From an uncultured virus (IMG/VR IMGVR_UViG_2888331157_000001) (Duplodnaviria; Heunggongvirae; Uroviricota; Caudoviricetes): a stretch of DNA of 64,000 nt. This document shows, one piece after another, positions 36,931 to 45,199 of the stretch. Under the pieces are notes generated by a model that did not search any database, had not been told where the DNA came from, and saw only the letters and a program-made list of their open reading frames with translations. Positions within the stretch are counted from its first letter, which is position 1. Every line of letters begins with the position of its first letter. Made by a program: the position numbers and the translations under genes. The stretch lies in IMG/VR virus record IMGVR_UViG_2888331157_000001; one strand, written 5' to 3'.

Positions 36931-37521
36931 GTTCATTTCTCCGTAGGTGGCATAATTGCCGGGTTTCGGTCTCAAGCGACCGTGACAGGCGCGTTCAGCG
37001 CCGCACCTGTCAGAGTGGCTTGAGTGTGACGCCGCGCAGCTCGCACCGCGCGGCGTCTCTCCTTCTTTGCCATGATTGGCGATTTGCGGTCTTACCGTTG
37101 CCAGCGTGACCGCATTCATTTGCGAGATTGAAATCTGAATTGTTCTTTCTCGAACGACTCGCCCTTGCGAGTTGCTAGCCTTCCGGGGACGGCGGGCCGC
37201 TTGGTGGCGTCCCTTCAAGCGGGGTCGTTTAACCCTCGCACCGCGCATTTGTTCCCGTGCGCTCTACCGTCTCGCCTGCCCGCTTCGTTGCGCGGCGTAC
37301 CTTGGTAGCCCCATTGTTTCGATAAGTCGGCGCAATGGGAGCGCCCGTACGGCTGGCCTAGTGAGTCACCACTGGCATCGGACCGTCTGCTATAGGTTCA
37401 AGGCCGCGCCCCCTCGCCTGCCTGCCAATCGTCCAGCCTTGCCAGCCTGCCATCCAGAAGGATGACCGCTTGACGTTGCCAGCAACCGGCAAGCCCGAAG
37501 GCCGCTTGTCCTGTCACCACT

Positions 37522-37533
37522 CTGTCAAAGAAC
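37522..37533 (-). promoter_or_regulatory. boxA-like antitermination site
   Basis: Minus strand GTTCTTTGACAG about 30 nt after the predicted TSS. Confidence 0.55.
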
Positions 37534-37571
37534 TCGGCGAACTCGCCGCACCGCTAGGAAGCGATGGCCAA

Positions 37572-37626
37572 CACATAGAGGCATGCCGTCACCATGTCAA
37601 TATGCTTTTGCTATTTTATTCATTAT
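37572..37626 (-). promoter_or_regulatory. Sigma70-type promoter of the leftward operon
   Basis: TTGACA (37600-37595), 17-bp spacer, TATGTG; AT-rich UP-like tract at 37601-37626. Confidence 0.7.
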
Positions 37627-37873
37627 CCAGCCATCACGGCTTTATACATACCCCGCGCCTCATGCAAAGACCGTGTGCCTGGCATCGCATTGTCATGCTG
37701 CTACCCCTCGCCCTGCACCGCATTGTCATGGGTAGCCAATGGCCCGCTAGCCTGCCCTATCCCTGCCCATTGATGCGGCCCTGCCGCCTCTCCAGCCTGC
37801 CTGTTCATCGAGCATCGAAGTGCAACGACAACTGGCCGCACGACAGGCCAAGCCCCTCGCCTCGCCGGTCAGA

Positions 37874-37955
37874 AGGGAGGGGGGGCTAAATCTCTACGGG
37901 TCCATTGGGGGTGCCACCGCTGCGGGGTCAGGTTCACAAAATTTTTTCCGACAGG
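37874..37955. other. Probable cos/packaging-initiation site
   Basis: G-run GGGAGGGGGGG-CTAAATCTCT...ACCGCTGCGGGG...AAAATTTTTT, an arrangement typical of HK97-like cos regions; upstream of HNH/terS. Confidence 0.5.
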
Positions 37956-38080
37956 AGGAAGATTCGCGAAAAGCGGGTCAGAGCGACCGAAAAAACAGGG
38001 CAAAAACCCAGCATTTAGTACTGGTCCAATGAAAATTGTCAGGGCCGCGAAATTGATGGGTATTTTTGAAATTCACCTAA

Positions 38081-38280
38081 GCGGACAAATGCCGGACACC
38101 AGCCGGACAGATGGCGGACAAATGGCGGTTTTTGCCATTTGTCGATTTCGCAAAGCGCTGGACCAATTGAGGTTGTCAGCGTTCGGCCGGACAAAAGCCG
38201 GACAAACGGCGGACAAGTGACGATTCCGCCATGATCGATGGAACGGACAAACGGCGGACAAATGCTGGACATTTGGCGGT
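38081..38280 (+). repeat. Ten 11-bp-period GGACA-core direct repeats in three clusters
   Basis: GGACA at 38083, 38094, 38105, 38116; 38189, 38200, 38211; 38245, 38256, 38267. Confidence 0.9.
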
Positions 38281-38495
38281 TCTACGCGTGTGCGCACGGC
38301 CTTCAGCTATAACCTGAGAAGTAGGAGGCCCTCATAGGCCGACCTATCTTCGTCTCCCGTTAGAGCCCGTCATCGGAGGTTGTTGGGGGATGGCTGCTGC
38401 GCGCCACCCCGTTGACAGTCCCCCGCGTTTACGGTCAATTCCAGCCGCTGGCGAGAAAACCGCCCGGCTCCTCCCCTTCACAATCGAGCATTGGC

Positions 38496-38831
38496 ATGGT
38501 CCGAATGTTGAGACCGGCGATTCCTGTCGCCGATCTGCGCATAGCCCGGCCGCGCGAGAAGCGCGTCGATCCGGAGCTGAACACCCAGGCGTACAAGCGC
38601 TGGGCTGACGAGGTGAAACGTCGGGCGGGATACCGCTGCGAATATGTCAACGGCGGCCACCGCTGCCCAAGGTCCAGTGCCGACGGCGACAGGATGATCG
38701 CGGATCACATTCGCGAGCGGAAAGATGGCGGCGGGCTGCTCGATCCCAAGAACGGTCAATGCCTTTGCGTCTCCCACAACACCGCGAAGGGCATCGCCGC
38801 CCGAGCGGCGCGCATGAAGGAACAGTTCTGA
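38496..38831 (+). CDS. Terminase-associated HNH endonuclease
   Basis: YRCE...ADHI.E..DGG...D.KNGQCLCVSHN. Confidence 0.85.
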   Translation: MVRMLRPAIPVADLRIARPREKRVDPELNTQAYKRWADEVKRRAGYRCEYVNGGHRCPRSSADGDRMIADHIRERKDGGGLLDPKNGQCLCVSHNTAKGIAARAARMKEQF

Positions 38832-39085
38832 TGCAGATCGGAATGATAGAGGGTGCCACACGCATCCTTGGCAAATCGCAAGGCTACGCTGGCCTACCTC
38901 TACGTGACGAGATGACCAACTGCAGCGTCGGCGGCGAGAACACTCCTGCGATGATCACCGCCTGGCTCCCGACGCCGAAAGAGCTCGAAGCTCTCAATGC
39001 CGGCGCCGCGGTGCATGTCCGGCTGATCGGAACGGGGCATCCGCCTATCATGGTGGAAGTCGGCCCGGTACCGGGCGAGCACTGA
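38831..39085 (+). CDS. Hypothetical phage protein
   Basis: TGATG coupling; W.PTPKEL.ALN.G...HPPI motif. Confidence 0.65.
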   Translation: MQIGMIEGATRILGKSQGYAGLPLRDEMTNCSVGGENTPAMITAWLPTPKELEALNAGAAVHVRLIGTGHPPIMVEVGPVPGEH

Positions 39086-39086
39086 C

Positions 39087-39542
39087 ATGTCCACCGTCAA
39101 GCGAGCGCGAGGTCGGCCGCAGTTCAAGCCGTCCGCCACCCAACGTCGCACCGTCGAGCAGATGGTGTCCTGTGGTGACAGCAAGCGCATGATCGCGCGC
39201 GCCCTCAAGATCGACGAGGACACGCTCAACAAGCACTTCGTCGAGGAGTTAGAGAACGGCGCGGCCAGGAAACGCCGCGAAGTGATCGACATGGTCTACA
39301 AGGGGGCGAAGAAGGGAAACGCCACCCTGATCAAGCGCCTCGAGGAGATGACGCGGATCTCGGGCGCAAAGGAAGACCTCGACCAGCCTGAAAATCCGAA
39401 GGGCAAATCGGCGGCACCGACATCGCCGCGTGCGCCAAAGCGCGGCAAGAAGGAAATCCAGCGCGATGAGGCGCTGCTCGCTGGTCAAAACTCCGAGTGG
39501 GGTGAAGATCTCGCTCCGCTGCCGGGTACCAGGCCGAACTGA
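39087..39542 (+). CDS. terS: Terminase small subunit
   Basis: GRP.FKP, HTH, directly upstream of terL. Confidence 0.8.
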   Translation: MSTVKRARGRPQFKPSATQRRTVEQMVSCGDSKRMIARALKIDEDTLNKHFVEELENGAARKRREVIDMVYKGAKKGNATLIKRLEEMTRISGAKEDLDQPENPKGKSAAPTSPRAPKRGKKEIQRDEALLAGQNSEWGEDLAPLPGTRPN

Positions 39543-41449
39543 TGACTTGGTCGACCGCGCTTCCTGATTGGGAAGCGCGCATCGCTGCGCACAAGACCCT
39601 GATCCCGGATGGGCTGCCGATCGATGAACAGCGCGCCAATCGCGCGCTACGCATCTTCAAGCGGCTTCGGGTAACCGACATCCAGGGCATGCCGACCCTC
39701 GGCGAGGTCAGCCCGGAATGGATCTTCGACCTGGTCCGTGTCGTGTTCGGCGCGTTCGACTGCGAGCGGAAGCGCCAGCTGATCCGGTCGTTTCTCGTAC
39801 TGATCGCGAAGAAGAACGCCAAGTCAACCATCGCAGCGGGTATCATGGTCACGGCCCTGATCATGAACGAGCGCCCCATGGGCGAGTATCTGATCCTGGC
39901 GCCGACGAAGGACGTCGCTGACAACAGCTTCCTCCCGGCCTACGGTATGATCAAGAACGACTCGGAGCTGTTCAAGCGCTACAAGCCTTCGGACACGACG
40001 CGCGAGATCGTGAACCGCTTGGACGGCGCAACGCTGGCGGTGAAGTCGGCCGACGCAGATGTCGTGGGCGGTCAGAAGTCGATCAGCCGCTTCATCGACG
40101 AGCTCTGGCTCTTCGGCAAGAAGAGGGGCGCCGCCAACGTCCTGTCGGAAGCGGAAGGCTCCGCCGCCTCGCGGCCGGAGGGGTTCACGATCTACGCGTC
40201 GACGCACTCCGACGAACCGCCAACTGGCGTGTATCTGGAGAAGCTGACCTATTTCCGCTCGGTGCGCGACGGCAAGGTGGAGGACCGCACGTCCCTGCCG
40301 CTGATCTACGAGTACCCGGACTCGATGCTGAAGGCGAAGGCCTGGCAGAATCCGCAGACGTGGCACATTCCGAACCCCAGTCTTGGCTATTCGGTAGACC
40401 ACGAGTGGCTGACCACCGAGTTGCGGAAGAAGGAGATCGAGGGAACATCTGCCCTCAGCATCTTCGTTGCGAAGCACTTAAACGTCGAAGCTGGCATCGG
40501 CCTGAAGTCCGGGAGCTGGGCCGGCGCTGAGTTCTGGCTCGTCAATCCGAAGACCGGCGTCTCCAATGTCGATGCGACCCTGACTTTTCGTGAGGTGTTG
40601 CGCCGGTCGGAGGTCATCACGATTGGAATCGACGGCGGCGGACTGGATGATCTGCTCGGCCTCGCCGTCCTCGGCCGCGAGGCTGGAACGGGCAAGCTGC
40701 TGCTGTGGTGTCATGCGTGGGCGCATGAGATCGTGCGGGAGCGCCGGCCAGAGATTTCTTCTAAGCTCGATGAACTCGCCGCGCCCCCGCGCGAATTGGG
40801 GATGCCGCCTGAGCTTACCTTCGTCAAGAACCCCGGCGACGACGTTTATGAGCTGGCAGATATCGTCCGGACCGTCGAGCGATCCGGAAAGCTGGCGGAG
40901 AAGGAGGCGATCGGCGTCGACACCTTCGGTATCGCGGCAATCAAGAAGGCGCTGCAGAGTGAAGATGGCGGCTCCATCGCCGATGAGCGCATTGTAGGCA
41001 TCCCGCAAGGCTGGAAACTGAACGGCGCGATCAAGGATACCGAGCGGGATCTTGCCGGCAACGTCATCCTGCACAATGGCGGCGCCCTCATGCGCTTCGC
41101 GGTGGGAAACGCCAAGGTCGTTCCGCGAGGCAACGCGATCGCAATCGACAAACAGGAATCCGGGTCAGCCAAGATCGACCCTCTGATGGCGGCGCTGCAC
41201 GCGAAGGTACTCATGGGTCTGAATCCGCAGCCCACCGTTCGATCAGGCTGGGACACAGACGATGTTGAGGGACTGGAGGCCAGGATCGCAGCCGAGGTCG
41301 CAAGGTTGGCGCGAGACGACCAGGAGCGCATAGCGAGCGCTGCCGAGAAAGACCCCGATGAACTCGCTCGAAGGCGAGCGGCCGACGCCGCGCGCGCAGA
41401 AGCTTTCGAAATAGCCCGCCTTCGCGAAGCCGGCGTCGGCATCTACTGA
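39542..41449 (+). CDS. terL: Terminase large subunit
   Basis: IAKKNAKST, IDELW, NPSLG, GIDGGGLDDL, KIDP. Confidence 0.93.
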   Translation: MTWSTALPDWEARIAAHKTLIPDGLPIDEQRANRALRIFKRLRVTDIQGMPTLGEVSPEWIFDLVRVVFGAFDCERKRQLIRSFLVLIAKKNAKSTIAAGIMVTALIMNERPMGEYLILAPTKDVADNSFLPAYGMIKNDSELFKRYKPSDTTREIVNRLDGATLAVKSADADVVGGQKSISRFIDELWLFGKKRGAANVLSEAEGSAASRPEGFTIYASTHSDEPPTGVYLEKLTYFRSVRDGKVEDRTSLPLIYEYPDSMLKAKAWQNPQTWHIPNPSLGYSVDHEWLTTELRKKEIEGTSALSIFVAKHLNVEAGIGLKSGSWAGAEFWLVNPKTGVSNVDATLTFREVLRRSEVITIGIDGGGLDDLLGLAVLGREAGTGKLLLWCHAWAHEIVRERRPEISSKLDELAAPPRELGMPPELTFVKNPGDDVYELADIVRTVERSGKLAEKEAIGVDTFGIAAIKKALQSEDGGSIADERIVGIPQGWKLNGAIKDTERDLAGNVILHNGGALMRFAVGNAKVVPRGNAIAIDKQESGSAKIDPLMAALHAKVLMGLNPQPTVRSGWDTDDVEGLEARIAAEVARLARDDQERIASAAEKDPDELARRRAADAARAEAFEIARLREAGVGIY

Positions 41450-41461
41450 ACGAGGACCGAC

Positions 41462-41683
41462 ATGCGATTTGTCTCGGCCGCAGGACGCGGCTTGCGCCGC
41501 GCCGGCGTCGTTGCTGCGCGCGCCGTGCCGTCACTGTTCCGTGACTCGATTGGCTTGGTTGGAGCCGGCGCCTTCGTGTTCGGCGTTTGGCAGATTCACG
41601 TGCCGTCGGCATGGATCGCGGGAGGCATGATGCTGATGGTTGTGGCTTTCCGCCTCGCGGCCTCGTCCGCGGGAGATCGCTGA
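41462..41683 (+). CDS. Small membrane protein between terL and portal
   Basis: Two hydrophobic segments; GAGG SD. Confidence 0.65.
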   Translation: MRFVSAAGRGLRRAGVVAARAVPSLFRDSIGLVGAGAFVFGVWQIHVPSAWIAGGMMLMVVAFRLAASSAGDR

Positions 41684-43005
41684 TGCGCGGACTGTTCGCC
41701 GCCCTCACCTCACCCCGAGGGGAACGCAAGGACGATAGCCGCTACGGCCTCGTTGACGAGATGTGGGCCGATTTCTTTGGCGGCCTGCGCGCCTCGAAAT
41801 CTGGCGTATCGGTGAATTGGAAGTCGGCACTTTCGGTGACGACCGTGCTGGCATGTTGCCGCGTCCGCGCTGACGGCCTGGCCACGGTTCCGTGGAAGCT
41901 CTATCAGCGGACCGAAAAGACGGTGAACGGTAAAACGGTCGCTGGCCGACAAGAGGCTCGCGATCATCCGCTCTACGATCTCCTCGCAACTGCTCCCAAC
42001 GAGTGGATGACCAGCCTGGAGTTTCGGGAGACGCAGAACTTCCATGTCGACCTCGCAGGCCATTCGTACACTTTCAAGAATTGGGTGCCTGGCCTCCACA
42101 GCGGGCCGTACATCAGCGAGATGATCCTACTGGATCCGGCCCGAGTGACGCATCGGCAACTCAACGATGGGTCATTGGAGTATACGCTTCGCGGTCTGGA
42201 TGGGTCCACACAGACGCTGACACGCCAACATATTTGGCACGTCAAAGGTCCGTCCTGGGACACGATCGACGGCCTCAACATCGTGAATTTCGCCCGTGAG
42301 GCGATCGGCTTAGCCATTGCAGCCGAAGACAGTCACTCGTCATTCCATCGCAACGGCGTGAGGCCGAGCGGCATCATCGCGGCGGATGGCTCGCTGGATG
42401 AACCGCAACTGATCCGCCTTGCCGCTTGGGTTCGGCGGCATTTCGGCGGCGCTGACAACACCGGCAAGCTTCTCGTCCTCGACAAAGCGGCAAAATTCCA
42501 GCCCACGCAGATGACTGGCGTAGACAGCCAGCATCTCGAAACGCGAAAGTTTCAGGTCGAGCGCATCTGCGAAGTCCTTCGTGTAATGCCAATTATGATC
42601 GGTTTCTCGGGCGACAAGAACGCCACCTTCGCGTCTGCCGAGCAGATGTTTCTCGCCCACCTGGTGCATACCGTCAGACCCATCCATCGCCGATTTGGTG
42701 GTTCTGGTGACTTGTTCCTTCTCTCGAAGGACGAACGAAAGAAGGGCTACTACACCGGGTTCGTCGACTCCGATTTCTTGAGCCCGAGCCTCGAAGCCAA
42801 GGCCAAATACAATCAGATCGCGCTCGGCGGCCCCAACAATCCGGGCTGGCTCACACAGAACGATGTTCGCGGCTGGGATGAGATGGATGCGATGGAAGGC
42901 GCCGATCGCCTCTTCGCTCCCTCAGGTATGGCCGTCTTGGACGAACACGGAAAGCTTGTCCCGATTGTCGCGCCGTCGGCGCCTAAATCCCCTACTGGAG
43001 CGTGA
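41683..43005 (+). CDS. HK97-family portal protein
   Basis: V.ACC...A.VP.KLY, HPLY.LL..PN..MT..EF, NG.RPSG, DSQHLETRKF. Confidence 0.93.
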   Translation: MRGLFAALTSPRGERKDDSRYGLVDEMWADFFGGLRASKSGVSVNWKSALSVTTVLACCRVRADGLATVPWKLYQRTEKTVNGKTVAGRQEARDHPLYDLLATAPNEWMTSLEFRETQNFHVDLAGHSYTFKNWVPGLHSGPYISEMILLDPARVTHRQLNDGSLEYTLRGLDGSTQTLTRQHIWHVKGPSWDTIDGLNIVNFAREAIGLAIAAEDSHSSFHRNGVRPSGIIAADGSLDEPQLIRLAAWVRRHFGGADNTGKLLVLDKAAKFQPTQMTGVDSQHLETRKFQVERICEVLRVMPIMIGFSGDKNATFASAEQMFLAHLVHTVRPIHRRFGGSGDLFLLSKDERKKGYYTGFVDSDFLSPSLEAKAKYNQIALGGPNNPGWLTQNDVRGWDEMDAMEGADRLFAPSGMAVLDEHGKLVPIVAPSAPKSPTGA

Positions 43006-43703
43006 GCATGGAGCACCTTCTGTCCGGCCTCACAGAGGTCAAGTTCGCTGCCGGCGCCAAGGACGGTGTGTTCTCAGGCTACGGGTCGATCTTCGGGAAC
43101 ATCGATTCTCACGGCGATATCGTCGAGAAAGGCGCGTTCACCAAGACCCTGCGCGAATGGGAAGAGAGGGGCAAGCTCCCCAAGATGCTGCTCCAACACG
43201 GCGGCTTCTTCGGTCCGGTCGATGACATGTTGCCGATCGGCAAATGGACCTCGATGGAAGAGAACTCCAAGGGCCTGAAGGTCGAGGGCGAGTTGTTCGC
43301 GCTGAACACCGATCGCGGAGCGCTCATCTACGAGGGCCTGAAGAGTGGCGAGCTCGACGGCCTTTCCATCGGCTACAAGACCGTGAAGTATCGCATGGGA
43401 ACCAAGCCGCAAGATCCGACACGCTGGCTCGAAGAACTCAAACTCTTCGAAGTCTCGGTTGTGACGTTCGGCTCCAATGACAAAGCGACCATCGGCCAGG
43501 TCAAAGCCGCCAATCTTCTCAATCCTCGCGACCTCGAGCGCGAGCTCAAGACCATTCTCTCCGCGAACGACGCCGTGAGGGCCGTCGCTATCGTGAAGAA
43601 GCACCTTCAGCGTGAGGCTGAGGGCCACCCGTCCACCGATCCTCGTGATGAGGAAGCGGCGATGGAACTGCTCAACACGCTGAAGAAGCTGCGGGCAGCC
43701 TGA
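43002..43703 (+). CDS. HK97-family prohead protease
   Basis: FSGYGSIFGNIDSHGDIV.KGAF, ML.QH, GLSIGY, EVSVVTF. Confidence 0.93.
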   Translation: MSMEHLLSGLTEVKFAAGAKDGVFSGYGSIFGNIDSHGDIVEKGAFTKTLREWEERGKLPKMLLQHGGFFGPVDDMLPIGKWTSMEENSKGLKVEGELFALNTDRGALIYEGLKSGELDGLSIGYKTVKYRMGTKPQDPTRWLEELKLFEVSVVTFGSNDKATIGQVKAANLLNPRDLERELKTILSANDAVRAVAIVKKHLQREAEGHPSTDPRDEEAAMELLNTLKKLRAA

Positions 43704-43730
43704 CCCAACCCTACATCGCAGGAGGGCGAA

Positions 43731-45113
43731 ATGCCCGAGTTGAAGGATGTGCTGGATGATGTCCAGCGCGAGATGAAGAAGTTTGGCGAGGACACCAAGT
43801 CCGCGCAGGAATCCATGATGAAGGACCTCAAGGAGGTCCGAGAGCTTGCCGAAAAGGCAGGCAAGGCAGCCGGTGACGGAACCCAGCTCAAATCAGACCT
43901 GGACGCCCTGTCTCGCGGCGTCGAGGAAAAGCACGCCGCCATCGAAGCCAAGGTCAAGGATATTCTGGAGAAAGCGGCGAAGGAAGCCGATGCCATCCTG
44001 GAAATCCAGAAGAAGATTGGTCGGCCGGGCGGTGGTGGAACCTCCGACGATCAGGCCAAGTTCCTGAAGGAAGCGCTCGACTTCAAGCGCGTTGCGATGT
44101 CCCGCCGCGGCGAGCTGAAGACAACCACCATCCTGAAGCCCGAAGACGTCAACGCCGACGAATACAAGGCATATCAGGAAGCCTTCCGGATGTCGCTTCG
44201 GCGCCAGGAGAACCAGCTCTCCCAGGACGAGCAGAAGGCCATGTTGGTTGGGTCGGACCCGGACGGTGGATATCTGGTCCCCACCCAGACGTCTTCGCGC
44301 ATCATCACCAAGGTCTGGGAAACGTCGCCGATCGATGAACTCGCCTATCACGAGAGCGTTTCGACCGATGCTCTCGAAATCGCGATCGACGCGGATGAAG
44401 CCGGCGCTGGTTGGGTCGGCGAAACGGAATTGCGCCCCGAGACCAGCACGCCCCAGACCGGTGTGCAGCGCATCCCGGTCCACGAGATCTATGCAAAGCC
44501 CAAAGCCACGCAGCAGCTTCTCGAAGACGCAGGTATCGATGTCGAGGCTTGGCTTGCCAGCAAGGTCGCCGACAAGTTCGGCCGCATGCGTGCGACGGCC
44601 TTCATCATCGGCAACGGCATCAAGAAGCCGCGAGGCATCCTGACTTATCCGGCTGGCTCGAACGGTGTCCGTGGCACCATCCTGCAGGTGAAGTCCGGTC
44701 ATGCCACCCAGCTTACACCTGATGGCTTGATCACGCTCACGTTCTCCATCAAAGACAAGTACCTCGCCAATGCGAATTGGCTGATGAAGCGTGGTACCGT
44801 CGGCGCCGTCCTCCTCTTCAAGGACGCGCAGGGTCAGTACATCTGGCGGCCGGGCCTTCAGGCCGGAGCTCCCTCGATACTCCTCAGCTACAACGTCCGG
44901 CGCGCCGATGACATGCCGACCGTGGGTGCCGGCACTTTGCCGGTGGCCTTCGGCGATTTCCGCGCCGGTTACACCGTCGTCGACCGTCTGGGCATCCGGA
45001 CTCTTCGTGATCCGTATTCCTCGAAGCCGTTCGTCGAGTTCTACACGCGCCAGCGTGTGGGTGGCGACGTCGTCGACTTCGAGGCCTACGCCCTGCAGGT
45101 GGTCGGCACCTGA
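43731..45113 (+). CDS. Major capsid protein (HK97 fold, N-terminal delta domain)
   Basis: DGGYLVP, WVGE, GNGIKKPRGIL, D.QGQYIW.P, FGDF. Confidence 0.95.
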   Translation: MPELKDVLDDVQREMKKFGEDTKSAQESMMKDLKEVRELAEKAGKAAGDGTQLKSDLDALSRGVEEKHAAIEAKVKDILEKAAKEADAILEIQKKIGRPGGGGTSDDQAKFLKEALDFKRVAMSRRGELKTTTILKPEDVNADEYKAYQEAFRMSLRRQENQLSQDEQKAMLVGSDPDGGYLVPTQTSSRIITKVWETSPIDELAYHESVSTDALEIAIDADEAGAGWVGETELRPETSTPQTGVQRIPVHEIYAKPKATQQLLEDAGIDVEAWLASKVADKFGRMRATAFIIGNGIKKPRGILTYPAGSNGVRGTILQVKSGHATQLTPDGLITLTFSIKDKYLANANWLMKRGTVGAVLLFKDAQGQYIWRPGLQAGAPSILLSYNVRRADDMPTVGAGTLPVAFGDFRAGYTVVDRLGIRTLRDPYSSKPFVEFYTRQRVGGDVVDFEAYALQVVGT

Positions 45114-45130
45114 TCCACATCGTCTGAACC

Positions 45131-45158
45131 AAGGGCGCGGCGCTAGCCGCGCCTTTTC
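45131..45158 (+). terminator. Intrinsic terminator after the capsid gene
   Basis: GGCGCGGC-GCTA-GCCGCGCC-TTTT. Confidence 0.7.
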
Positions 45159-45199
45159 CCATTCGCTGCTCGGATACGGGCATTTCAACGGAGGGTCCC

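Noticed and set aside
36930..37248. N-terminal extension of the 338-aa ORF given in the track
   Set aside because: The SD and hairpin element point to the ATG at 36930; the extension has poor composition and overlaps the structured leader.
38081..38280. Possible CRISPR array
   Set aside because: Units are 11 bp in tandem with no unique spacers, and there are no cas genes.
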